A program made the position numbers and the translations under genes. The notes under the pieces were generated by a model. That model was not told where the DNA came from and made no database searches. It saw only the letters and a list, made by a program, of their open reading frames with translations. Positions 39,511 to 50,469 of a DNA stretch of 64,000 nucleotides are shown here, one piece after another. Origin of the DNA: the human T2T-CHM13v2.0 reference genome, Homo sapiens; the NCBI RefSeq assembly GCF_009914755.1, contig NC_060927.1; one strand, given 5' to 3'. Numbering within the stretch: the stretch's first letter is position 1; every line of letters begins with the position of its first letter.

Positions 39511-41339
39511 CTTCAAACACACTTCTTTCCTGCCTTGCATGCCCCCTGCCGACTTTCCTCACTTTCCAGTTTGGCTCAGCCTGAGATGCCAGCCTGAAGA
39601 TGCTCCTGGCCAGTGTGGAAAACCACAGAACCTTCAAGAACAGGGTGGCAGCAGGGGCACACTGCATACTCAGGCCTCTGCAGGGCTGTCTCCGGGCGAG
39701 GAAGCGGAGGGTCAGGGCCCTAAGGCCTGTGGTGGCAGGAAAGGGGGGAATTAAGGGGAAGCCAGTTCCAGGTGGGGTGAAGACAAATTGACACCCAACA
39801 GAACAATGGGCTACTTGGACAGGAAGTGAGCACCCCAGCCTCGGAGGTATAGTATGAAGGGGACAGACAGGGAGACAGGAGATCTATACGTCTTGGTCCC
39901 AACCAAATCTGCACACCCGAGTTTCCAGGAGCCCCACCTCTCCTGGGAAAAACCATTCCTAGCCACCTGCCACTGAGGTCGGCTCCAGGAAGTGTCAAGG
40001 CCTGCCTGGGGGATCTGTTGCCTTCCAGGGGTTCCTCCTCAGACGTTTCCAGCCCCTTGAAAACAGCACCCAAACAGAACCTGAAGAAAAAGTGCTCACA
40101 TGTGCGGGACTGCTCTGTGGGATCCTGTCTCTCCCCTGAGCACAGACACAGGAGCACAGAGAGGGGGAGTGAGTAACCAGGCGTCACACAGCACAGTCCA
40201 GGTGGGCCTCCTGGAGAACGGATGTGACCAGGCTCACCCTCAGGGTGAGACCTCTCGCTTGGGTCAGAGGGTCCTTGACGTTGCCCTAATCAGGAATGAG
40301 AGTGTTTGTTTTCAGCCAAATATTTCCCTGACCGCAGACGAGACGGGATGCGACTGCACATTCCAGAGTCCTGGCAGCTTAAGAAACCATGCTGTGGGGT
40401 CTGCCTGGTCCCCTTGCCTCCTCCTGGGGGCCTGGTGCCCACCCCCCAGGCCCTGGGGTCTGGCTGCCAGCTTGGATGAGAACGTTGTTTGTAGCAGAAG
40501 GTGTTGGCAACACCCCAACACCTCTTCTCTCCTCATCCTTCTGGACCCCCCAGGTCTCAGCCCCATGGATGCTAATCTGGCTTGTGGAGGTTTCACCAGA
40601 CCCTGGGAGATGAGCATCCCAGGCAGGGAGACAGCATGTACTGTCTTGTGGCCCAGAGGCATGACAACGGTGTGGCCTCCCTGGAGAAGGCGTGTGTGCT
40701 CTGTGGCTGGAGCGTGAGTCTCCTGCCCAGCAAGGGTCGGGGTGAGAGAGGACAGGTATGGCCAGCTTGCAGAAGGCCCAGAGCACAAAGAATCTGTGGT
40801 CTTGGAGCAATAGGGGGCCGTGGAAGTTGAACAGGGGAGTGCCAGGGTTAGAAATGTGTTCCAGGAATTTCCCTCCAGTGGACATCAGTGGCCAATTGAG
40901 TGGACAGGCAAATGCATGGGCACCAGAAGGCTGGGGAGTAGGCTGAAGCAGGGACAGCCAAAGCGGGGTGCAGAGGGTGGGACAGGATGAGAGGAAAAGG
41001 CAGAGTCAGGTCATCAGCTAGCCGTGAGACTGATAGATGTGGATATTAGGGTCCTCGTTTACAGAAGAGGAAACTGAGGCTTAAAAGGATGAGAAGTGAT
41101 TTGCCCAGCTGCCTGGGGAGCAGTGGAGCTGGCATCATGGACTCCGATTCCACTGCCATTTCTCTCTACTGTATCCACGTTGGTGGAGTTCACAGCCTTG
41201 ACCACCTGTGGTCAGGATTTCTGAGGTAAGTCACATTCCCCACCCAGGGCCCTGGTCAGAGGCAGCATGTCTCCAACCCCGGCCCTGCTCAAGGCCCTGG
41301 CTCCTGCCAGAACTGTAGTAAGCCCACTCCCCCATACAG

Positions 41340-41615
41340 TCAATTTCTTCCTCTCCACTCCTTGGTGATTCCTGTTGAACTCCTACAGATCCCTTGATAG
41401 CCAACTGAAAATCACCTCCTCATGGTTGCCCTCCAGACGACTGCAGACAGAATCAGTCTCTCCTCCAGACCCTGGGGTAGACACTTCCCAGTGTCCCATC
41501 ACCTGGGAAGGCCTTGGGGGCAGAGGGCTTGTATCGTCTCTGCCTTCTCAGGACCCAGAACAGGGCCCGGTATACAGTAGATACTCCATAACTATTGATT
41601 ACAGCGAGTGAATGC
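41340..41615 (+). mobile_element. L2 3' end
   Basis: AACTCCTAC...AATCACCTCCTC...GGGGCAGAGG...ACAGTAGATACTCCATAACTATTG. Confidence 0.6.
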
Positions 41616-41814
41616 ATGAACAACTCGATGCTCACGCCCCAGCACAGATGATCAAAGATAGGTTTTGAAGCCAGGCAGCCCCGGCCAACTCCTGTCTCTG
41701 TCTCTGGCCAGCTGGGTGGCCCTGGGGCTTCAGCTGCCTGAACCTCAGTTTCCTTTTCTGTAGACCGTTGGCAACTGTCCTGAGCGTGCAGCCTGAAAAG
41801 CAAATTCAGTAACA

Positions 41815-42065
41815 GACATAGCCCAGCAGAGCACTTGAGAGCATGGTCCCTGAAGCCAGCTGGCCTGGGTTCAAATCCTGACTCTGCCATTGACCAGCTG
41901 TGTGGCTTTGGGCAAGTTACGTGACTGCTCTGGGCCTCAGTTTCCCCATCTGTAAAATGGAGGATAGTAGTGCCAGTCTCATGGGGTTGAGAGTGAAATG
42001 AGGACATGCAGGTAAAATGCTTACAACAGGATGTGGCAAGTAGGAAGTGCCGGACACACGCTCGT
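41815..42065 (+). mobile_element. Near full-length MIR
   Basis: GCCTGGGTTCAAATCCTGACTCTGCCA...GGGCAAGTTAC...CCTCAGTTTCCCCATCTGTAAAATGG...GTAAAATGCTTA. Confidence 0.88.
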
Positions 42066-42443
42066 GAACATAAAATGCCTAACACACGGTGTGCACTTGA
42101 GCAGGGTGAATCCGACTCCATCTCCTCTCACCTTCCCTCCTGCAGCCCAGGGAGAGCGCTGTAGGGGCCCTGTGCAGAAGCAGGGGGGCTCTGATTAGCT
42201 GTCAGAGCCAAGGCCCCTCTCTGCAGAAACATCAGTGGGTCAAACACTGCAGGCCCCGCTGTTTCTCCAAGTAGAAACCCCACACAGATATGGAATTAAC
42301 CACCCATGTCAGCATGAATGGCACTCATTTCAGAGCCTTCCGTGGAGGGGGAAAATATCAAGCAAGTCCTGCTGAGAGAGGATTTCAACTCAACGGCTGC
42401 AGCCTCTGAGCTTGCTCTAGAAGCGCCTTTTTAATGAGCTTCT

Positions 42444-42773
42444 TTTATTTATTTATTTGTTATTTTATTTTATTTAATTAATTTACTTATTTTGAGATGG
42501 AATCTCGCTCTGTTGCCCAGGCTGGAGTGTAGTGGCATGATCTCCGCTCACTGCAAGCTCCGCCTCCTGGGTTCACGCCATTCTCCCGCCTCAGCCTCCT
42601 GAGTAGCTGGGACTACAGGAGCCCACCGCCACGCCCGGCTAAATTTTTGTATTTTTAGTAGAGACGGGGTTTCACCGTATTAGCCAGGATGGTCTCGATT
42701 TCCTGACCTCGTGATCCACCCGCCTCAGCGTCCCAAATTTTGGGATTACAGGCGTGAGCCACTGCGCCCGGCC
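42444..42773 (-). mobile_element. AluY
   Basis: CTGCAAGCTCCGCC, TTCACGCCATTCTCC, TTAGCCAGGATGGTCTCGAT diagnostics; perfect TSD ATGAGCTTCTTTTA at 42434-42447 and 42776-42789. Confidence 0.96.
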
Positions 42774-42849
42774 TGATGAGCTTCTTTTAAGTCTCAAATC
42801 AAGTGTTTTCTTCCACTTGGCAAGGTGAGTATTGCTGTGAGCATGATTA

Positions 42850-43150
42850 TTTTAGTTACTGCATTTTCTGGGCTCTAAGTATAGGTGATGCACCCAAATT
42901 ATGTGACTTAGTCCCTTTAGCCCAGTGATGAGAAAGTATCATTCCCAGTTGAGGGAGGGGGACACTGAGGCTCAGAGAGGTTGCCAACCAAGCCCAACGT
43001 CACACAGCATGGAAGCAGAGTCACGATTTGAACTTATGTGAGTCTGATGCCAAAGGCAGTGATCTGAAACACCGGTCTCAGCACTGGCTACACACTGGAA
43101 TCAACAGGGGAGCTTTGAGCAGTCCTGATGGCTAGGTGGAGTCCCAGAGG
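42850..43150. mobile_element. MIR (antisense) followed by a MER5-like fragment
   Basis: ACTGAGGCTCAGAGAGGTT...GTCACACAGC; then GGTCTCAGCACTGGCTACACACTGGAATCAACAGGGGAGCTTT. Confidence 0.6.
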
Positions 43151-43204
43151 GGCTGATCCTGAGCTGCTCCCCAGGAGATTGCACCCAGCAGCCAGATTGG
43201 CAGG

Positions 43205-43915
43205 TCAGGTCCAGGAGACAGAGACACCATATCCAGGGGAGACACATCCAATCAGAAAGAGATAATCCACAGAGCTCTAAACCTTGCCCTTCCCCAAGGA
43301 TGGAGGGACCATCTGTGTCTTGTGAACTGAAAAAGCCCCTACCCCTACCTTGGTGCCAGTTAATTAGTACAAACCCCAACCCCAGCCAAATCCAAGGTCA
43401 GCACCCACTGCTCTAACACACTCTGCTGCCTTACACCGTGACCCTCCTGTGCTGGAGGTGAGGATGCCCAGGCACAGAGACATGGAAACACCTGCCCAAG
43501 GTCACACAGCTTTGAAGCACTCAGCCTCAGGCTTCTTCGACCCCGGCCTCCTTGCAGTGAGGGGTGAAGGTGATGAGCAGGGTCATGGAGGCACAGCTGG
43601 AGAAGCAGGTGGTGTTTAGCAAAGATCACAGCAGCCCTGGGGACCTGAGACTTGGTCCTCTGGACTCTGAGGAAGCAGATGGTAGGTTTGGGGGCCCAGA
43701 GGCAGCATCAAGTCCCTTAGCAGGGCAAGTCACGGGGGACAGGGGGCCATGTCCAGGGAAAATATGTGCAAATGAGAGAGATGCAATCATGAACCTCTAA
43801 ACCTTGCCCCGCTCAAGGATGGAGTGACCATCTGTGCCTTGGTAAGCAGCTACCCTGGGTCCCCACACCCTAGTGCCAATTTAATCGTTAAAGACCCAGA
43901 CCTCAGCCAAATGCA
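43205..43915. repeat. Dispersed direct duplication of about 190 bp (offset 520 bp)
   Basis: CTCTAAACCTTGCCC..CAAGGATGGAG(G/T)GACCATCTGTG(T/C)CTTG at 43275 and 43795; similarity continues to CAGCCAAAT in both copies. Confidence 0.85.
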
Positions 43916-44334
43916 GACTCTGAATTTCTGGAAAGCTCCAACGGTCAGCAAGGAGACAGCAGGTCTTGGGATAGAATTTCTCCAGGAGCCCCTTCTGACC
44001 TCCCTGACCATCGTCTAGGCTGGAGACTCACCACATCCTCCCCATGTGTCCTGGGCCCCCGCTTCCTCTTAGGGCTCAGCAGAGGCCGGGGCTTTCCCAG
44101 TTTCTCTTCTCTTATTAGCAGTGGGATCATTGCTTCAAACAGAATCTTTGGAATTTGGTTGATCCAGACTTTGACTCAGGCCCATTTATTTTGACGTTCC
44201 AAAGAAATGTCTCTGAGCCTGCATCTTGCCTGTAGGGACAATGTTTTCCTTCCTCTAAAAGTTCCTCTCAAATCCAAACACCAGTCCACATTCCCTGAGG
44301 CTGGTGGATTCCACATCCTCCGAAAGATGCTCCG

Positions 44335-44520
44335 TTCTAATTCTAGTTCTGCTACCTCCCAGCAGAGTGGCCTTGGGCGGGTTACCAACTTCTCTGAGTC
44401 TCAGTTTCCTCATCTGTAAAATAGACCCCTAGCTCATACTCATAAACAGGCCACCAAAATTAAATGAGATAATGGCATGACGATCTTTGAGGCATGCGGG
44501 AGGCATTCGGTCATGGAAGC
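44335..44520 (+). mobile_element. MIR SINE
   Basis: GTGGCCTTGGGCGGGTTAC...CTCTGAGTCTCAGTTTCCTCATCTGTAAAATAG...TTAAATGAGATAAT. Confidence 0.8.
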
Positions 44521-45199
44521 TTAATTGCAATAAGAGGGGAACTGCGAGCCACCCAAGGTCCTGCAGACTCTGGGATCCACATCCCCTGTGGCCTGCAGCT
44601 CTGACCCCAAATCATTCATTGTTCAGTTGCCAGTGATTGATCCCAAGTGGCCGTGCTATGACACAAATACCTATGCACTCTCTCTCTACACCCAGGCCAA
44701 AGTACACATTGGCTTTAATAATTAATATAACGAGCCTGAGCCCTGGCCAAGAGACCCATTGGGTGCCAGCACCTCTCACACCCACCTCTAAAGCTCTCAT
44801 GCTCCATCCACACTGCCGCTGCGCTCATCTAGACCCCCACTGGTGCTCATTCCCTCACTCCCCACCCCACCCCTTGCCCTGCTTCCAGGGTCAGCCCCTC
44901 CAGTGGATTCTCTGCCCAGCTGGAGCCATAGAGGTTGTTTTAAAGCACTGCAGTCATCTGGCTACCACCCTCCATGGCTCCCCATTCCCCTCATATCAGT
45001 CTCTGGAAGCCTTTTGTGACCTGGCCACAGCCAACCTCTCCATCACCCCTGGGCTCCGCTATACGTTCTTCCTGCCCTGCACCTCTTGCAGCTTCCCAAA
45101 TATGCCAAATTCTCTCTTGCCTCTGAACCTCTGCACAAGCTGTTCCTTCTTTCTACCAGATACCCTTTCCCCAATTTCCCCTGCTGACTAACTCTTTTT

Positions 45200-45495
45200 C
45201 ATCCTTCAGCTCAAGTGCCTGGGGCCTTGAGTCTTTTCTGTGTAGGTCTTCATAGGTGACGTGGGCTTCCTCACAACATGGTGGCTGGATTCTAAACATG
45301 AGCATCCCAAGAGAATTGGATGGAAGGGGTATTGCCTTTATGACATAGCCACTCAGCATTGTCCTGCCATTGTCACAGGCCCACCCAAATTCAAGAAAAG
45401 AGAATATGTGGCCTCACCTCTCAGAGACGGGTGTGAGTGTCACCACAAGAAGAATGGGATGGGAGCTGTTGTGGCCATCTTTGGAAAATATAAAA
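45200..45495 (-). mobile_element. MLT1 (F/G/H-like) LTR fragment
   Basis: TGGGCTTCCTCACAACATGGTGGCTGG...GAGCATCCCAAGAGA...CCTTTATGAC...GTGGCCATCTTTGGAAAATATAA. Confidence 0.75.
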
Positions 45496-46559
45496 TGTCA
45501 CCGAGGGGGAAGGTACATGTAAGAACTATGTAAGTACTGTGGCTGGGGACATTCAGTACGAGGGCAAATGTCCCTGATCCTCATTGTCTTAACAGCTAGC
45601 CCTTTGGTAGACAGCATGGCCCCGAATCAGTCAGGAAAGCTTAGCTGTGTCAGTCCTGTCTGCAAGTTCATGAAGCATTGGGGAAGATTTCTGTCAGTAA
45701 TGGGAGCATTTACCATTTAACATGTTTTGAATTTTAAAGCTCCAAGTGTTGGTGATCTTGAAAATTCCTCGGTGGGCCTGAAAAAGTGAAATAGGCCACA
45801 GATAACTCCTAAGAGGTTTGGGGAAGGAAGGCCAGGGACTTTTCCAAGTATGCCTGGCCCACTAAGGGTCACGTCCCCCAAAAATTATCCGGAGAAAAGG
45901 ATATGCCTGGCACCCATTCCCTCAACCACAGGAAAGGCCTGGAATATTCTGGGGAGATGTTCCAAAGGGATCTGGTGTGTGCACATTCCGTGCAGAGGTT
46001 GTGGAACAGAATCGTAGGGCGGGGGTGAGGGTGCTGGCGTGGGCAGAACCCAACCCTAATTTCCTCTCTTCTTGTTTTTAACCCTAGGCTCTGCCTCCTT
46101 TTTCCTCTTGCCAGTTGGAGCCAAATCATTCAGATTTCCAGATTGTGAGGAATCCTTCAGCCCCCGTGGTATAGCCACTGACACACTATCCAGCTGCCAC
46201 AGTTGTGGGTGTTGAACCCTACCCTTACCCTTAGGCCTTCGGTGGAACCACGTGGATCTCCCCGGGGCCTCCAGGAGGAGAAACGTGCTCTGTCTCCTTG
46301 GCCAGGAAAGGTGAAGCTGTGTGACCTAGAACACACACTCCTGACCTCTCTGAGCCACTCCTAGTAGCAGGCTGTGAGCTGCTTGTCTCACTACGTAGCT
46401 AGGAAATAACAGCATGAAAGTGCCTCAGAAAGGAACTACCAGTGGCTGTACAGTTACTACACATCGTTAGTAATAACGGCACTCCCCTCCCAAGACGACA
46501 GCAGAAAGGGATTCAGCAGCAGAAGGCACAGCTCTTTTGCTTCTGGGTGCCAGCAAACC

Positions 46560-47575
46560 CTTCATTGAGCACATATTGAGCATCTGCTGTATATCAGGGC
46601 CTGGGCAGCACCATGGACACAATAATGCACTCGGTGTGCACAGCCCCTGCCCTCAAAGGCCCCCCATGTTGGCTGTTCCAGAAACACAGGAGCTGGGGAG
46701 GTGGCATCAAAGCAGAGACCTAAAAGATACTGAAGAATTAGCCGAATGGAAAAGACAGGGTGATTTCCTGATAGAGGAACTGCATATGCAAGGGCCCAGG
46801 GTCCAGGGATCAGGGGGCTCCTGGGGAAAGACCAGCCATTCTGATGGCTGGAGCGTAGAGCCTCAGCACCCATGCAGAGCTTGAGGGGGATTAAATAGTA
46901 AGCGAATAAAGAAAGAAAATGCACAGAGTGTTAGGAAGTGGTGAGAGCTACAGAGAATCATAAAGAGACGGGCGTAGGGATGGGGGTGGGTAGGAATGGG
47001 GGTGAGTAAGGATGGGACAGGGAGAGGGATGAGGTGGGTGTAAGGATGGCACAGAGGGTGAGGCTGCCATTTCAAATAGCAGGGAGCCTGCACTCACACG
47101 AGGACATTTGTGCAGAGGTCAAAGAAGTGAGGGAGTGAGCCCCGTGGGCATTTGGGGGAAGAGCATTCCCCGCAGGGGAAGCAAGAGCAAAGGCCATGGG
47201 CCATGCACTCCACACCTGAGGGGAGCTGGGGGGCGGGGGAGGGCCAGTGTGGCGGAGTGAGCCAGCAGGACAGAGGCGGAAGGAGAGGCGTGGGAATGTC
47301 GGGAGTCAGACCACTCAGTCTACTGTGGGGACCTGGGCTTCCATCCCAAATGAAAGGCAGCCACGGGGCTGCTCGCCAAGGCAGGGACGAGGGTAGATGT
47401 GGGTTTAACAGGATCCCTCTGGGGCCTAAGAGGAGAGGCTGAACGGGTAAGGGAGGAAGGAGCAAGGGAGGAGGCGAGAGAGATGATGCTGGCTGCACCA
47501 GGTGGTAGCAGTGGCCATGGTAAAGAGTGACTGGCTTCTGAATATATTTTGAAAGCAGAGCCACCAGAAACCGGA
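46560..47575 (-). mobile_element. L2 fragments with intervening G-rich sequence
   Basis: TTCATTGAGCACATATTGAGCATCTGCTGT; GAGCATTCCC...GCAAAGGCC; GGGTTTAACAGGATCCCTCTGG; CTGAATATATTTTGAAAGCAGAGCCA. Confidence 0.7.
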
Positions 47576-47577
47576 GC

Positions 47578-47664
47578 AAGAGAGGGGAGGGGAGGAGATG
47601 GGAGGGAAGAGAGGAGGGAAGGTGATGCGGGGAGGGGAGGAGAGGGGAGAGGAGGGGGTAGGGG
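47578..47664. repeat. G/A-rich low-complexity tract
   Basis: GGGGA/GGA runs. Confidence 0.85.
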
Positions 47665-48589
47665 ACAATGGTGACTCCAGGGCACGCATACTTCTCTGTC
47701 CTCTCGCACTGCCTGACAGACATAATTAACACAGACCTTTCTCCCGTTGAGACCAGATTGGTTCTTGGAATCCTCCTCAACCCAGACCTACAAGGTGTCA
47801 CTCCCACTAATCAGGATTGGATGTCCAATGAGGCCAGGAGGCAAAATGGGTTCACACAGGAATACGCACCATCATTTGTGGGCATCTACCATGTGCTTGG
47901 CACTAACTAGTTGCTTTTCCAATTCTCTCATTTCAAGGAGAGACAAACTCTGGGATTGGCAGCAGCATCCTTAACAGATGACACCAGGGCTCTAGCAGTC
48001 CACACAGAACTCCCCAGCTAAGACGTTTAGAGCTAGGATTCAAATGCGGTGATCACTTATTCCAGTGCCAGCCCCAGCTCCCCATGGGAGACCCCCTCCT
48101 CACTCTGCTGAGGCCTCACCCACCACACCTGGGCCTCCTGGCCATGCCAGGACTCCACATTCCAACAGGCTGGTAGAGGCGGTTGTGGGCAGAGCATGCC
48201 TGGAGACTGAGAACCGCAACTTCCAGCCCCGGTGCCATCCTGGGGCAGGGTGGCGCAGAGGGGCATGAGCGCCTGTGCCAGGAGCCAATGCTGCGGAGGG
48301 GCCCCACCCCACCTGGGGGCTGCCAGCCCGCCTGCCGGCCAAGGTCCTCACCAGTGCCTTCTCTCCTCTAGCACACCCATCAGCTCAGCATGAAGACTTG
48401 CTAAGGAAAAGGTACAACTGGGAACGCGAAGCTGTCCATGCCTGGAGATGACTCCAGCAGCCAGGAGGTGGGGCTGGCCTCTTACCTGGGTACACTGTCT
48501 CCATGGGAGCATCCTCCACGCAGTTAGAGTGGGCTGTTGATGTGTCTGTATGGACTGTGAAGGTAACTAAATGCCTGGGACTTAGAAGG

Positions 48590-48825
48590 CTCCACGGGCA
48601 GGCTCCAGAGGCCAGCCAGCATGAGCTCAGGTCCAGCTCTGCCACTTACTTGCTGTGCCATCTCAGGCCGGTTACATTACCCCTCTGGCCCTCTTTCCCG
48701 GTAAAAAAAGGGCTGGTAATAGCATCCACTTCATAAGGCTCTGCAAGTACTGGGGGCAGGGGTAACTCACATGAAACAGTTAGCACAGTAAGTGCTGAGG
48801 AAGGTTAACCATTATTACCATTATG
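48590..48825 (+). mobile_element. MIR SINE
   Basis: CCAGCTCTGCCACTTACTTGCTGTG...GTTAGCACAGTAAGTGCT. Confidence 0.7.
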
Positions 48826-49842
48826 GGCATTCATCCCCGAGTTCTCAAGATTGACATGGACTTGAGCAAGCACCCAGGAAATCTGTAGGAAGCACAGTGA
48901 GGGCCAAGCTCCTTGGGGTGGTAGTTGAAGGATGAGGGGGCAAAGAAGACTAGAGGAGAGAGGAAGGAGGAGCTGAGTGTAAGCCCCTGCCAGCCACTGC
49001 TTTGCTGTGTGACCTTGAGCAAATCCATTGCCCTCTCTGGACCTCCATGTCCCCGTTGTTTACATTTGGGACATGCACAAAGGCCCTCTCAGCTCTGCAT
49101 CTGTTTTTTGGTACCTGCCATGAGCAGGTAGAGCAACTTAATTAAATTAATTTGAATTAATTTTTAAAATTTTTAAATTTTTATTTTAATAAAATAAAAA
49201 AGATTTGGAGTGGGCTTGAGTCCCCCAGGGCCTCCCAGTTTCTTGGAGGGGGGCTCACTTTCCAAGGAAGGTAATTGGGTCATACTGGCTATGTGTTTTT
49301 TCCTGTGCACAGCCCTTCTAGCCCCGCTTCCCCACCAGACTCTGACCTCCTGGGGGTGGCCATGCTTGCTCCCAGTGCTCTGTGAAGCTCAGGCTCAGGC
49401 CTCCTTAATGCCAGGCCAACTCTTCCTCCTCCTGCCAGACTCATCTGGGCTCCACCTCCTCCAGGAAGCCTTCCTAGACCCAGGCTGAGTTATCTGAGTG
49501 GGCCTTCTCATGGGAGGGGGTCTGGTTTGGGGCCTGTCTTCCTTCCAGGTACCCAGAACAGGAACCACACTGGCCTGGCATCTGGAGTGAACAAAGGGAT
49601 GTTGCCCAGCAGATGTTTGTGGAATGGACAGGTCCTGAAGTGCCCACAGGAGCTTGAGAAGAAATCCAGGAAGCCTGGTCAGCCTCAGCTCAGCCCCACC
49701 TGACTGGGACCTCTGGCAAGTGACCAACCCTGCCGAGCCTCCCTCCTGCCACCTGTTGGATGGGGACTCTCAGCACTGTGGTGAGGATTAAGCGAGTCAG
49801 GAGACTCAGAGCCTGGCGCAGCCCTAAAGACAACAGACTCAC

Positions 49843-49991
49843 CTGGGAGAGAGTTCATCCCCTGCAGATGCTGTCCCGGCCAGCCACCTGGCCCGGGAGT
49901 TCACCTCGGCTCCCCTCCGCCACTTGCTGTTCTGACCTTTTAGCAAACAGCAAGCAGGTCTCTGGCTCTGAACTCTCCCAGGTAACAGCAT
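49843..49991 (-). other. Exon-like segment (candidate non-coding exon), highly structured
   Basis: Minus strand: acceptor TTCTCACATTTTCTGTAG|ATG and donor CAG|GTGAGT, 149 nt apart; no transcript evidence available. Confidence 0.4.
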
Positions 49992-50112
49992 CTACAGAAA
50001 ATGTGAGAACTGTGTCCTGTCTTTATTATCTTTGTTTTCATGGTACCTTCTGTTTATAGCAGCCTCTTCTCAGATATGACGTGGTGTTTCCTTTTTTAAA
50101 TATGCTGACCTA

Positions 50113-50443
50113 AGCTGGGCACGGTGTCTTGTGCCTACAGTCCCAGCTACTTGGGAGGCTGAGGCAGGAAGATGGTTTGAGCCCAGGAAGTTGAGACTAC
50201 AATTAGCTAAGACTGCGCACTGCACTTCAGCCGGGGCGATAGAGTGAGACCCTGTCTCTAAAAAGATAAATGAACAGGCTGGGTGCAGTGGCTCATACCT
50301 GGAATCCCAGTGCTTTACGAGGCCAAAGCAGGAGGATCGTTGAGCCCAGGAGGTCAAGGTTACAGTGAGCTATGATCGCACCAAAGTACTCCAGCCTGGA
50401 TGACAGAGCAAGACCCTGTGGCCAAAATAAATAAGTGAATAAA
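50113..50443 (+). mobile_element. Atypical Alu dimer: FRAM-like monomer plus a left/right hybrid monomer
   Basis: Both monomers carry the right-arm insert; second monomer starts at 50277; AAAT(AT/CA)GCTGACC flanks the pair. Confidence 0.85.
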
Positions 50444-50469
50444 TCAGCTGACCCAGCCCATAGCATCAG

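Noticed and set aside
40100-40717. 205-aa plus-strand ORF with several overlapping ORFs on both strands
   Set aside because: No recognisable family; stop-poor GC-rich DNA gives overlapping ORFs in many frames; no convincing splice context.
41199-41214. TGACCAC-CT-GTGGTCA palindrome beside a GAG|GTAAGT donor
   Set aside because: Short arms and no convincing upstream acceptor.
41453-42121. 222-aa minus-strand ORF
   Set aside because: Reads through MIR and L2 ([10 protein letters not shown] is the typical MIR translation).
47094-47807. Longest ORF in the track (237 aa, minus strand)
   Set aside because: Pro/Leu/Ser-rich translation of L2 sequence and a G/A low-complexity tract; no domain; non-ATG start.
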